A stretch of DNA of 64,000 nucleotides from Promethearchaeota archaeon (GCA_016840165.1 JAEOSU010000032.1:74680-138679); one strand, 5' to 3'; counted from the first letter of the stretch, positions 48,336 to 59,011 are shown. Translations and numbers: made by a program. The notes: generated by a model not told the origin, from the sequence alone.

Positions 48336-50180
48336 TTACTTTGTAAATAAAATCTCATCATATGGTTGCCTATACAACCTTGATCGTTGGCGCTTTTGGT
48401 CAAAAATATGTCCCATCATTCCAATGGAACGACCAAGGACAAAAAGACCATTTAAAGCTTCACTTTCTATAACATCTTCAATTTCTTCTCGTGAAAAATC
48501 TAAGTTTTCCAGTAAATCCAAAAATGTAATTCCTATGCACCCATCTACGTTTAGAATTAGATTATTACGTTTCGCAGTCGTGATCTCTTCAACTTTTAAA
48601 GCATAATCTAAATAAGGATGCTTTGGAAAGTTATTAAGTACAAATTCCTTGAGCAGTTGTACCCGCATGTCAGGATTTTGGACAGATTTAATTCTATGCC
48701 CTATTCCAGGAATATTGATCTGAACCACATTTTTCATATAATTAACAAACTCTAAAGGTGTCAATTCTTTTTGTAATGCTTCTCTAATATATTTAGCTGC
48801 GTCTGAAATCGCGCCCCCAAATCTCGGGCCAATTGTTAGAATCCCACTGGCTAATGCTGACATAAGATCCTTTCCTGCACGTGCGGTGATAATTGCATTA
48901 TGTGCACCAGAGACTGCTGGACCGTGGTCTGCAGTAAGTTTAATGACCATTTCTATATATTTTTGGGCAAATTCTGGTAATTCCTTTTTGAACCAGAGTA
49001 GTCCAATAACATATCCAATTGATTTTTCCTGTTTTATTATTTCATCGAGAGGAACTTGATTGAAGGTTACTATTTCCCCTCTATCATCTGAAATTGTGGT
49101 CACTACATCGGAAGATCTTCGAACTAATCCTAATCTTTGAGCATCCTTGTAATCTAATGGTACCTTAGGGGGTTCAAATTCATCCACTGGACTTATTTTA
49201 CCCTCTGCTTTCAGTTTTTCAAAAGTTTCTCTTATGGCTTTATCCAGATTTTCATAGGAGTCAGGAACTATGGCCCCTGCTTTTCTTAAAGCATTATTTT
49301 TCGCTTCTGCGGTTTCAATATCACTGCCTGCCATCGCTCCTGCATGGCCAAACTGCAAACCCGAAGGTAATATTTTGGCTGCAGTACCTGCGACCCAGAT
49401 CACGATCGGTTTTGTAATTTTTCCCTCTTTCAGCGCATCGACAATTGCATATTCATCTTTCCCCCCGATCTCTCCTAATGCAACGATGATTTTTATGTGA
49501 GGATTCGCTTGATATCTCATCACATGATCAATTAATCGAGAACCAGGGTATCTATCTCCACCAATAGCAATTCCTTCATAGATACCATCAGAAGTTTGAG
49601 AGATCATGAAATTCATCTCATTTGACAATCCTCCTGACTTCGATACAAATCCAACTGATCCCGGTCGATATAATTTTGATAAGATAATATTTTCAATCGT
49701 ACCTGCTGTATTTGCAATCTTAAATGCACCCGCTTTTATACCTCCCACAGTTGCTGGGCCGATAATTTTTTTTCCCCTTTCATTTGCTAGTTTAATTAAT
49801 TCTCGACTTTGTCTTTCTGGTACTCCTTCCGCTATTATAACGATAGTTTTTAACGTGTCTGATTCTATGGCTTCTTTGCTTGTAGGAAAGGCTGATCGAA
49901 ATGAGGAGAAATTGATTAGTACAGTAGCATTAGAATGCTTTTTTATCGCTAATTCGAGTGTTTTATAAATTGGAATTACAATTTCCTCCGCACCCCAAAA
50001 TACTTTATGATAAGCAATTGCTGCATCTTGGGTAGGTCGAATCACTGCGGCAACAGATGGGGTTTCTCTTCGACATACATAATCAAAATCTAGCATTCGT
50101 TGGATTGCATTGGTTTGAAACCCATAAATTATTGCTTGTGTATTTCTATCAAATAAATCATACTCTTCCATCATATTCAC
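48336..50180 (-). CDS. aclA: ATP-citrate lyase alpha subunit
   Basis: IQRMLDFDYVC, IGPATVGG, QFGHAGA (phospho-His), ADHGPAVSGAHN, GIGHRIKS, ILNVDG. Confidence 0.93.
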   Translation of the reverse strand: MNMMEEYDLFDRNTQAIIYGFQTNAIQRMLDFDYVCRRETPSVAAVIRPTQDAAIAYHKVFWGAEEIVIPIYKTLELAIKKHSNATVLINFSSFRSAFPTSKEAIESDTLKTIVIIAEGVPERQSRELIKLANERGKKIIGPATVGGIKAGAFKIANTAGTIENIILSKLYRPGSVGFVSKSGGLSNEMNFMISQTSDGIYEGIAIGGDRYPGSRLIDHVMRYQANPHIKIIVALGEIGGKDEYAIVDALKEGKITKPIVIWVAGTAAKILPSGLQFGHAGAMAGSDIETAEAKNNALRKAGAIVPDSYENLDKAIRETFEKLKAEGKISPVDEFEPPKVPLDYKDAQRLGLVRRSSDVVTTISDDRGEIVTFNQVPLDEIIKQEKSIGYVIGLLWFKKELPEFAQKYIEMVIKLTADHGPAVSGAHNAIITARAGKDLMSALASGILTIGPRFGGAISDAAKYIREALQKELTPLEFVNYMKNVVQINIPGIGHRIKSVQNPDMRVQLLKEFVLNNFPKHPYLDYALKVEEITTAKRNNLILNVDGCIGITFLDLLENLDFSREEIEDVIESEALNGLFVLGRSIGMMGHIFDQKRQRSRLYRQPYDEILFTK

Positions 50181-50189
50181 CTCTTCTAA

Positions 50190-51479
50190 TTATACTTGCT
50201 CCTCTGTTTTTTTAATTAAGTCGACCACCCTTGTCATATGAGTGTATCGATCGTAAACTTCTATAGGAATTCCAGTTTCTTCTCCTACTTTTTTCATAAG
50301 TTCTAAACCCTGTTTTTCATTAGGTCCTCCACGTCGTACAAAAATCTTTACGTTTGCCTTTTTTAATTTTTCAACTGAATTTCGAATAGCATTAACGATA
50401 CCCGTAAAGGTTGCCTTCACATCAGTAAAATTGGCAATCCCTCCACCAATTATTAAATATTTGGGATGGCCTTTCGGATCAGGATGTTCTGTAATAAGAT
50501 CAATTATAGTTTGAGCATAAATCTCAGTGTGCTCCCTTGATGGATTACCTGAATACTCTCCATAATTCCCTAATTCTGATCCAAGTCCTAAATCAACTAT
50601 AGTATCCGTGTAAATAACCGAAGCTCCACCTCCTGCAACCATTGTCCAGACTCTTCCTTCAGGATTTAATATCTTAAGTTTCAGCGATGCTCCCGTCTTC
50701 TCGTCAAGTTCACTGATTTTAGCTTCTTCTTTTGACATTACTTGACCAAATCCAGCGGGGAACTCAATGGGGTTCTTTGGATTTCCCCATGTGTCTGGAT
50801 GAAGAAATTGGGCAGTATCATCTAATCTTGCTTTCACATCTAAAGGAACAATTCTCTTATCCTCTGTAATAGCAAAAGGATTAATTTCTAAAAATGCAAA
50901 ATCTTGATCTTGATATACTTGAAATAATCCCTTAATAAATGGGATTAAAACCTCCTCATATTCACCCAAATCTGGAAGGTTACTTTTTAAATCGAAATTA
51001 TTAATATCAACCCCTATAGGTACGGGAATGTGATGCACCTTATCCCAATTCTCTTCAATAAAGATACCCCCTTCAAAACTAAAATGAATAATGTCGGATT
51101 CCCGATCGGATGTAATTGAGACGTAATATTCCTTTTCATGAGGTATAAATGGCTCTACAAGTAATCTCTTCAATTCCCCACGAACACTACCAATCTCAAA
51201 AACTCTACCGAGATTGTTATGACAAAAATTTTTCATATCATCAGAATCAGCATCAAGTAAGAGGAGGTTTGCCTTCCCTCGTTTCCCAAAGAGTTGATCT
51301 GGTTTAACAACAACTTTTTCAGTTTTTATCCATGGATTTTCTATGATAGTTCTATCTAAATCTGTAGCAGAATCAATAACAGCCAACTTATTATGATATT
51401 TAAAATCAGGAATATACTTGGGTAATTGACTTGCTAAGAGTTTTTTTGCGTCATATTCAAAAATACTTTTTTGCGCCAA
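50190..51479 (-). CDS. aclB: ATP-citrate lyase beta subunit
   Basis: VKPDQLFGKRGK, LEINP, MVAGGGASV, NYGEYSG, GGIANFTDV, RRGGPN. Probable TTG start at 51479 (MAQKSIFEYDAK); the ORF track start is 51494. Confidence 0.92.
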   Translation of the reverse strand: MAQKSIFEYDAKKLLASQLPKYIPDFKYHNKLAVIDSATDLDRTIIENPWIKTEKVVVKPDQLFGKRGKANLLLLDADSDDMKNFCHNNLGRVFEIGSVRGELKRLLVEPFIPHEKEYYVSITSDRESDIIHFSFEGGIFIEENWDKVHHIPVPIGVDINNFDLKSNLPDLGEYEEVLIPFIKGLFQVYQDQDFAFLEINPFAITEDKRIVPLDVKARLDDTAQFLHPDTWGNPKNPIEFPAGFGQVMSKEEAKISELDEKTGASLKLKILNPEGRVWTMVAGGGASVIYTDTIVDLGLGSELGNYGEYSGNPSREHTEIYAQTIIDLITEHPDPKGHPKYLIIGGGIANFTDVKATFTGIVNAIRNSVEKLKKANVKIFVRRGGPNEKQGLELMKKVGEETGIPIEVYDRYTHMTRVVDLIKKTEEQV

Positions 51480-51762
51480 TTCTCTCGTTCTCACTTACTA
51501 TTATTCTAAATTATATATATGAAATTAATAATAAGTAGAGAGTCCTTTTTAATATAAATTTTTCCCACAGAATTAATATGGGAATAGTTTCCCTTGTTTT
51601 AATGAAGAGCGCTTAGATTTTTGAATGAATTATGATTTGTAAATATCAGATTACTGATAATCGTAAAATCATTGTAAGGATCTGATGATTTACTGATCAT
51701 TATTAATGATATATCATTTTCTTTATAGATTCAAGACTTATAAAAAAAGAAAAAATTAATAT

Positions 51763-52494
51763 TTATTCTTTAATAAAAAGCTCTTTTATGAATCGGGGTA
51801 AAATAAATCCAATATAGAACTCTATAGCACTTGAAATTAAAATTATTCTCGCTATCGTTAGAGTGACGATATTTAGAGGGAGAGCTGCATCCATCATTGC
51901 CCCAATACTCCATGATATAAAAGCAACGATTAAGAACTTACCTTTTAAATTTACCGTAACATCTTTAGATCGAAGTGATTCAAGTCCAAATAGTACTCCT
52001 GTTATTAATACAGTAATTACAATGAATAAAGCAAAAATCAGAACAATACCTCTATACGTCACATCAAAAATTCCCGTAATTTCTCCGATTACATTTGGAT
52101 CAACGATAAGGAAGTATACAAGATATATCTCATAAACAATTCCAATTATTGCATAAATCGCTACTATTAATTTTTGTTTACTTTTAAATTTCAGATCGGT
52201 AAATGCAAGAATCCAAATCACTAGAATTAATGGAGAGGCGATATTACCAATAGTGAAATAAATCGCTGGGCTTATGCCTGAATTTGTAATTAAATATGTC
52301 AGAAATGCCACAGTACTCGGTAACCAAGGAGTAGTAAGTCCAATCCATGTTATACCCACCAGTAATAGTGTTCTATTTTTGAATTGAAAGTATTTAGAAG
52401 CAATAATAATGCCCACAATCAATGACACTATAACAAAAATCAAACTGAAAGTTCCATTTAAAATGTCAAGTGGTTCTAAAGTCATTTCTATCAT
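51763..52494 (-). CDS. Stand-alone 7-TM membrane protein, function unknown
   Basis: Seven hydrophobic segments in 243 aa with no soluble output domain. Confidence 0.65.
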   Translation of the reverse strand: MIEMTLEPLDILNGTFSLIFVIVSLIVGIIIASKYFQFKNRTLLLVGITWIGLTTPWLPSTVAFLTYLITNSGISPAIYFTIGNIASPLILVIWILAFTDLKFKSKQKLIVAIYAIIGIVYEIYLVYFLIVDPNVIGEITGIFDVTYRGIVLIFALFIVITVLITGVLFGLESLRSKDVTVNLKGKFLIVAFISWSIGAMMDAALPLNIVTLTIARIILISSAIEFYIGFILPRFIKELFIKE

Positions 52495-52629
52495 CTATTA
52501 AAATAATTATAGAGAAATAGTCTTAGAACTTCTTTATTAATTTATCTTAATTTCATATTTCTAGCGCTTATTTGACAAAAAAGTAAGGATATAAAAATAT
52601 ATCTTGAAAAACGATTAAATTAATGATAT

Positions 52630-54105
52630 TTACTCATCTTTCGTTAATTTTGTGGTTACTGGGGTACAACCCAGTACTTCTTTAAACTGTAACATATAAT
52701 TCATATCAATAGGATCATGAGCATCTTCCCAAGATAGCTTTAAAAGCTCTTTAGCTTTTTCTGGTTTTTCTGAGATGATATTATGGTTTAATTGTGGATC
52801 GTTATTGACATCATATAAGCTTCCCTCTTCAGTGTCCCATATAAAACCGTTATACCAATAGTCTCCATCGAAGACAGCAACAGATCCACCCCACGCAACT
52901 GTGACATGATCATAATATATTAAATCATCATCTTCAACTAATCTTAGTAGGTCTTTTCCTTCCATTTTATTCGCAGATACACTACAAGCATTACATATAG
53001 TCGTTGCAATATCATGATGATAACAAAATTTTTCACAAGTTTTTCCACTATGTTTTCCTCCTGGAAAACGTATCATAGCTACAAGATCAGCAACTTCACG
53101 CCCTAATGGATTAGCTGCTTTCGCTATAAGACCGTGTTCTCCAAGCATATGGCCGTGATCTGAAACAACAACTATAATTGACTCATCCCATATTCCTATT
53201 CGTTTAATATAATCGATGAAATAACCGAACCATGTATCTACAAGTGAAACTTCTGCCGCATATCTTGTTTTGATATTCTTTAATTCCTGTGTTGTAAGGA
53301 TTCTTGCGGGTCCATAAAGGGAGTGAGTGATCTTTCGACAGCCCTCTTCCCAGTTAGGATCATTTTCATACATCCTTATATAGTGTGTGGGAGGATTCCA
53401 CGGCTCGTGTGGGTCAAAAGATTCTACTGTTAAAAACCCCTTACCTTTTGACAATGCTTCATAGTTCATGTCAAGCCATTCTCCTGCAGAACGAAAAACC
53501 CTTGCTGGAAAAGTATCGCTTTCTGAACGCCACCATCGTGTATTTTGTAGAAATTGACGCATCATAACCTGCGCAAATACAGTACCCGCTGTTATCCCTT
53601 TCTTTTTAGCTGTTAAATATTGATTGAGAATATCCTCGGAAATCTCAGGTCCAGAGAGATATGCATCTTCCTCTTGTCCACGTATCCATTTCCATTGATC
53701 AAAACCACGTTGAAAGTTATATCCTGGTTTAAACTGATGATAAACATCTGAGAACAAAGCAGAAACATACTTCTTTCTACCAAAACGCTCCGCTAGGGTA
53801 TCATGGGCATCGGAGATAGTACTCCAACCGGGAGCCCCAAGAGCATCTCCAATAAAATCCCCCCGTACCATCCTTGACTCACCGGTTTTATCCTCCGTAA
53901 AGGGAAATACCCGTCTGCCCGTATATATTGCTTTTCTCGCAGGTAGAGTAGGTAATGAATCAGGATACATTCTTGTAAATTTTACTGATTCTTTCGCAAA
54001 TGCATCCAAGTTTGGAGTTTTTATCCAATTATTACCATAACATCCAACATGGTCTTGTCTTAAAGTATCTATAATAATTAATATTGCATTTACTATAATA
54101 ACCAC
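52630..54105 (-). CDS. Alkaline-phosphatase superfamily sulfatase-like hydrolase
   Basis: IIIDTLRQDH, TLPARKAIYTGR, FDPHEPW, SDHG, LYD...DP. Confidence 0.85.
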   Translation of the reverse strand: MVIIVNAILIIIDTLRQDHVGCYGNNWIKTPNLDAFAKESVKFTRMYPDSLPTLPARKAIYTGRRVFPFTEDKTGESRMVRGDFIGDALGAPGWSTISDAHDTLAERFGRKKYVSALFSDVYHQFKPGYNFQRGFDQWKWIRGQEEDAYLSGPEISEDILNQYLTAKKKGITAGTVFAQVMMRQFLQNTRWWRSESDTFPARVFRSAGEWLDMNYEALSKGKGFLTVESFDPHEPWNPPTHYIRMYENDPNWEEGCRKITHSLYGPARILTTQELKNIKTRYAAEVSLVDTWFGYFIDYIKRIGIWDESIIVVVSDHGHMLGEHGLIAKAANPLGREVADLVAMIRFPGGKHSGKTCEKFCYHHDIATTICNACSVSANKMEGKDLLRLVEDDDLIYYDHVTVAWGGSVAVFDGDYWYNGFIWDTEEGSLYDVNNDPQLNHNIISEKPEKAKELLKLSWEDAHDPIDMNYMLQFKEVLGCTPVTTKLTKDE

Positions 54106-54203
54106 CTAGATATTTAATTAAAAAACTATATAGAAAAAAAATTTTACTTAATTTAATTTTATTAATTTTAGATAATTATATATCAAAATAGGAGTAGATA
54201 AAA

Positions 54204-55607
54204 ATGGATTTTCGGATTGAGAAAGATGTTTTAGGTGAGTTGGAAGTTCCTAAAGATATTTATTGGGGTATAAATACTCAAAGGGCTCTTCAAAACTTTA
54301 AGATTAGTGGAAAAAGAATGCCTAAAAGTTTTATCATAGCTCTAGCAATATTGAAAAAAGCTTGCCTATTAGCAAATACAGAATTAAAGTTAATAGAACA
54401 AGATCTTTCCGATGCAATTTTAAAAGCAGTCAATGAGATAATCAATGAAAATAAACATTTAGAACAATTTCCTATAGATATTTATCAAACTGGTTCGGGA
54501 ACACAAACCAATATGAATATGAACGAAGTCTTAGCAAATAGAGCAAACCAAATACTTGGGCATCCAATAGGCCAAAAGAAACCAGCGCATCCAAATGATC
54601 ATATCAATAGATGCCAATCTTCTAATGATGTCATTCCAACAGCTATGCATATTTCTATATTACAAATGATAAATCAGAAACTCCTTCCTTCCTTGGAAAA
54701 TTTATTAAAAGTTTTAACTAACAAGATTGAAGAATTCCACGAGGTTGTAAAAGTGGGTAGAACCCATCTTCAAGATGCCGTTCCTATCCCTCTCTCTTTA
54801 GAATTCAGCGTTTATAAGCAACAAATAGAATTAAACGTTAACAGAATCTCAGACGCATGCAAAGAATTATACCAACTCCCAATAGGAGGCACAGCAGTAG
54901 GAACAGGATTGAATGCAAGCGAGGAATTTGCTGTTAAAACTATAAAACACCTTTCAATACTAACAGATATACCATTTAAGCTTAATCCAGTTAAAGCAGA
55001 GAGTATCTCCTCTCATAATCGAATAGTGAATATAAGTAGTATAATTAAATCTTTGGCACTCTCACTCTTAAAGATGGCAAATGATATTCGTTGGATGGGA
55101 AGTGGACCAAGAGCCGGACTTTCTGAACTCATCTTGCCTCAAAATGAATCGGGATCCTCAATTATGCCTGGAAAAGTAAATCCAACTCAATCAGAGGCTC
55201 TTATCCAAGTATGTCTGCAAGTTATAGGCAATCATACTACGATTACCGCAGGTGAATTCTATGGAAGTATTTTAGATTTAAATGTGTGCAAACCACTTAT
55301 GATTGCCAATCTTCTCGATTCTATAGAATTCCTTAGTAATGCTGTCGATTCTTTCGCCCAAAATTGTTTAATGGGCATAAAACCGAATGAAAAAGCAATG
55401 AGTATCCAATTAGAAAATTTGCTGATGGTGGTAACTAACCTTACTCCAATAATAGGGTATGATAAATGTTCTGAAATAGCTTTAAAAGCTTACCATAGTG
55501 GAAAGACAATTAAGGAAACAATCATGGAAATGGGAATAAAAATTCAACAAGATTTAGATGAACTCCTTAATGGACGTTCAATGGCTTATCCTAATAAAAA
55601 AAAGTGA
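54204..55607 (+). CDS. fumC: Class II fumarate hydratase
   Basis: QTGSGTQTNMN, HPNDH, SSND, GRTHLQDA, GSSIMPGKVNPTQSE. Confidence 0.88.
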   Translation: MDFRIEKDVLGELEVPKDIYWGINTQRALQNFKISGKRMPKSFIIALAILKKACLLANTELKLIEQDLSDAILKAVNEIINENKHLEQFPIDIYQTGSGTQTNMNMNEVLANRANQILGHPIGQKKPAHPNDHINRCQSSNDVIPTAMHISILQMINQKLLPSLENLLKVLTNKIEEFHEVVKVGRTHLQDAVPIPLSLEFSVYKQQIELNVNRISDACKELYQLPIGGTAVGTGLNASEEFAVKTIKHLSILTDIPFKLNPVKAESISSHNRIVNISSIIKSLALSLLKMANDIRWMGSGPRAGLSELILPQNESGSSIMPGKVNPTQSEALIQVCLQVIGNHTTITAGEFYGSILDLNVCKPLMIANLLDSIEFLSNAVDSFAQNCLMGIKPNEKAMSIQLENLLMVVTNLTPIIGYDKCSEIALKAYHSGKTIKETIMEMGIKIQQDLDELLNGRSMAYPNKKK

Positions 55608-56019
55608 TATATTCCACAATTTAAAAAATATTTGAAGTTTTTAGCGAACTTTTTATATATAATTAGAAAATTAAAAATCTGGTTTAACAACTTTCTTTTC
55701 CCAACGATTTTCATAGTCTTCTTTAGTCGCATCACGAACAGTGTCTTTTTCGCCACAAAATTCACAATATTCTCGAAAAGTGTGTAAAAATTCTCCACAA
55801 TTTGAACATATATATTTATAGGTTTTTTTAAATAATTTCTTATCCATAATTATTGAAACCTCCTTGAAAATAGAAATATATTGACCTTTTAATATTTTTC
55901 CATTCCTTTCTTATTTCCCTCAAGTTCCAACAAGTTGAAAATTTGATTTTTATAATTTATTGGTGTAATGCTTAAAGTCTAATTTTCTAATATCATAAAT
56001 AAAAGCTATAGGTGTAATT

Positions 56020-57081
56020 ATGTCAGAAAAAAAAACTTTAGAAGAAATCCGGGGAATCGCTCAAAAGAAACTGATGGGGATATGTGGTGTGTATAAAATC
56101 TGCGATGGAGATTCCATGCGAATATGTCAAGGTCAGAGTTATGGGAAACCCTTAAGATTCGGTGGAATTGGTACCGGAACATCGTTTTATAATAATGTAG
56201 ATGCTTTAAAGAGATATAAGCTTAAAATGAGATTAATAGGAGAACATTTCGAAGCTGATACTACTTATAACTTCTTTGGAAATAAACTCAGCATGCCTAT
56301 CATGGGGGCTAGTGTAGCAGGAGTTAATAGTTTTGGGGGGAATGAGGTAATTACCGAGAAAGAATTTTGTAGGGCAGTAGTACTTGGCTGTAAAGAAGCA
56401 GGAACTGTTGGCTGGAGAGGAGATACCTATACTTATTCATTAGATAATACATACGGAATAGATGCCATCTCTGAAGCGAATGGATGGGGTGTAAAAATAG
56501 TAAAGCCGAGAGAACAAGATACAATAATAAAATTTTATCAGAAAGCAGAAAAAATTGGCTGTATTGCTGTTGGTATAGATATTGATGGTTGTGGCTCTTT
56601 TGCAATGAGTAGCCATGGCAAACCTGTATTTAGAAAGAGTTTTAATGATATAAAGCAATTGGTTGCTTCTACCAACTTACCCGTCATCATAAAGGGAGTG
56701 ATGTGTCTAGAGGATGCTTTAGCGGCGGTAAAAGCAGGTGCTTCGGCGATCGTGATCTCAAATCATGGAGGGAGGGTTCTTGATCATACACCCGGGACAG
56801 CAAGCGTTTTAATGGATATTGCATCAAAAGTAAAGGATAAAGTGAGGGTCTTTGTTGATGGAGGAATAAGAACCGGTTATGATGTTTTAAAAGTGTTAGC
56901 GTTAGGTGCTGAAGCAGTTTTAATTGGACGTGATATTGTAAGAGCAGCAGTTGGTGGAGGAATCGAGGGTGTGTGTATTCACATGCAATATTTGCAGAAA
57001 ACATTAGCTAAAGCGATGAAAATGACAAACTGTAGAAATCTAAATGAAATCTCCTCAGAAATTTTGCTTTATAACATCTAA
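56020..57081 (+). CDS. FMN-dependent alpha-hydroxy-acid oxidizing enzyme
   Basis: PVIIKGV, VISNHGGRVLD, DGGIRTGYDVLKVLALGA..V.IGR. Confidence 0.85.
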   Translation: MSEKKTLEEIRGIAQKKLMGICGVYKICDGDSMRICQGQSYGKPLRFGGIGTGTSFYNNVDALKRYKLKMRLIGEHFEADTTYNFFGNKLSMPIMGASVAGVNSFGGNEVITEKEFCRAVVLGCKEAGTVGWRGDTYTYSLDNTYGIDAISEANGWGVKIVKPREQDTIIKFYQKAEKIGCIAVGIDIDGCGSFAMSSHGKPVFRKSFNDIKQLVASTNLPVIIKGVMCLEDALAAVKAGASAIVISNHGGRVLDHTPGTASVLMDIASKVKDKVRVFVDGGIRTGYDVLKVLALGAEAVLIGRDIVRAAVGGGIEGVCIHMQYLQKTLAKAMKMTNCRNLNEISSEILLYNI

Positions 57082-58902
57082 TCGTTGGATTCCTCTTTTA
57101 TATGTTATCTTATCTACAAAAATGGTAATTACTAAAGTAACAATATGAGTAAGAATTAGATACATAAAGGGAAAAAAAAGAATCCATAAAACTAGTCCAA
57201 GCAATTTTGTATTAATTGCCTTCCTTTTTTTATTTAAGATGTTTGGTATATGATTATAGATTAGTTTCCTCTGAGTTGATTTCTCACTTACAATTCCTTT
57301 TCTGTTATAACCTTGCTGGTATTCATTGCTTCTATGATTAGATTTAAAATCCCTAAAGATCCAGATAAACCACCCACTAAAATATTCTTTAGAATTTATG
57401 GTTCGAATGGTGTAATCCAATAGCTTAAGCTGATATTCCTCACTATACTTAGGAGGATTTTCACTTTTATCTCTAAATCCATATTTAGCACCAGCACCAA
57501 ATTCTGTAAAAATCCAAGGCTTATTCGATATTGGTGGGTGGATCCAATCTAAAATTAAACTCAACATCTTCATACTTCCAAAATACCAACCAAAATAAGT
57601 ATTTAAAGCAGCCACGTCCGCGTTCCTACGTAAAATATCTGAATTTAATTTTCGGGACACAAAAGTAACTATTCTTGTTGAATCATGCATTCGTGCGAAA
57701 TCCATCAATCTCTTAATAAAACGAGAACAATTTCGCCTATGAGTTGGAATCTCATTGCCTACACTCCACCAAATCACTGATGGATGGTTATAATCCCTTT
57801 TTATTAAATCTCTTAGCATTTTTGCGGCTAATTTGAAGGTTTTTCTGCTTTTATAGTTACAATCCCAATAAACAGGTATCTCTTCAAGAATTAAAATTCC
57901 TATTTTATCAGCAATTTTAATTAAACTTTCATCATGAGAATAATGGGCAGTTCTCACTGAATTAAATCCCAATGCTTTAATCCTTTCAAGATCTTCCTTT
58001 CTTTTCTCATAAGGAATTGTCCGACCATAAGGCATATACTCTTCATGTAAACTAATTCCCTTAAGTTTAATTCTCTTTTTATTGAGAAATAGATGTCCAA
58101 ATTTAACTTCAATTTGACGCATCCCGAAATCACATTGATATAATAGTTCAGTTGAATTTTCAGAAGAAATTTCAAACATTTGAATTTGGTACAAAAAAGG
58201 AGTATCGGGAGACCATAATTTAGGGTTATTTACAAATACGGTAATTTTTTCCTCAGTAGAGTTTAAGGATATTTGGCCATTTTGGATTATTAAATCATCA
58301 GAAATATCAATAATCTGCCATTTAAGATTTAAATTTCCAATAGTTTTATATCTTATATCAATCTCAGCTTTTTCTAGAGTAAGTATTTCTGTGCTGATTT
58401 TGACTTCTTTAACTCGACTTTTATTTAGTATTAATAAATTCACGTCTCGATATATTCCACCCCAATTAAACCAATCAAAAAATAAAGCTGGTATCCCATT
58501 TTTACGGCGTATGTTATCTACTCTTACAGCTAGAAAATTATTGTCCTTTTTGATGGAATCATTAACTACGAATTTAAACGGAGTAAATCCTCCATCATGT
58601 TCACCAATAAATATACCATTTAACCAAACTTTTGTGCTATAATTAACCCCATTAAATTTTAATTGAAAATCGTAATTAATAAAATCGATTTCACTGTCTA
58701 AATTAAATTCTAAATAATGCCAAAAAACTCCTTCAAATAGGTGAAATTCTTCAATTAAATTAAAGCTACTAGGAATTTTCGTTGGAATTAAATTCTTTCC
58801 CATACTTTTTAAAGTCTCATGGCGAAACCATTGATTTTTTATTCCTATGTTTTCTAAGTCGGGTAAGCAGTTCCATTGACCATTTAATGAACGTTTCTGC
58901 AT
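57055..58902 (-). CDS. GH2 beta-glucuronidase-like glycosidase with C-terminal TM segment
   Basis: DWFNWGGIYR, VRTAHY, WSVGNE (acid/base), TEFGA (nucleophile), YNRKG (N-K motif of GUS); hydrophobic tail. Confidence 0.85.
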   Translation of the reverse strand: MQKRSLNGQWNCLPDLENIGIKNQWFRHETLKSMGKNLIPTKIPSSFNLIEEFHLFEGVFWHYLEFNLDSEIDFINYDFQLKFNGVNYSTKVWLNGIFIGEHDGGFTPFKFVVNDSIKKDNNFLAVRVDNIRRKNGIPALFFDWFNWGGIYRDVNLLILNKSRVKEVKISTEILTLEKAEIDIRYKTIGNLNLKWQIIDISDDLIIQNGQISLNSTEEKITVFVNNPKLWSPDTPFLYQIQMFEISSENSTELLYQCDFGMRQIEVKFGHLFLNKKRIKLKGISLHEEYMPYGRTIPYEKRKEDLERIKALGFNSVRTAHYSHDESLIKIADKIGILILEEIPVYWDCNYKSRKTFKLAAKMLRDLIKRDYNHPSVIWWSVGNEIPTHRRNCSRFIKRLMDFARMHDSTRIVTFVSRKLNSDILRRNADVAALNTYFGWYFGSMKMLSLILDWIHPPISNKPWIFTEFGAGAKYGFRDKSENPPKYSEEYQLKLLDYTIRTINSKEYFSGWFIWIFRDFKSNHRSNEYQQGYNRKGIVSEKSTQRKLIYNHIPNILNKKRKAINTKLLGLVLWILFFPFMYLILTHIVTLVITIFVDKITYKRGIQRLDVIKQNF

Positions 58903-59011
58903 TATTAAGTTCTATTATATTACTTTAATCTAGATAGTATCCCTGATTGGAAAAATAATTGAACTCTTAAAAACTTATAAGAAAGACTTTAGGTTAAAAT
59001 ATAGAAAAATT

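Noticed and set aside
55608-55960. Replication origin (DnaA-box-like TTCTCCACA and TTATCCATA; TCCACAATTT repeat; CAAGTT repeat)
   Set aside because: Only degenerate matches in AT-rich DNA, with no cdc6/orc1 or dnaA adjacent and no clear ORB. ORF 55586..55798 looks non-coding.
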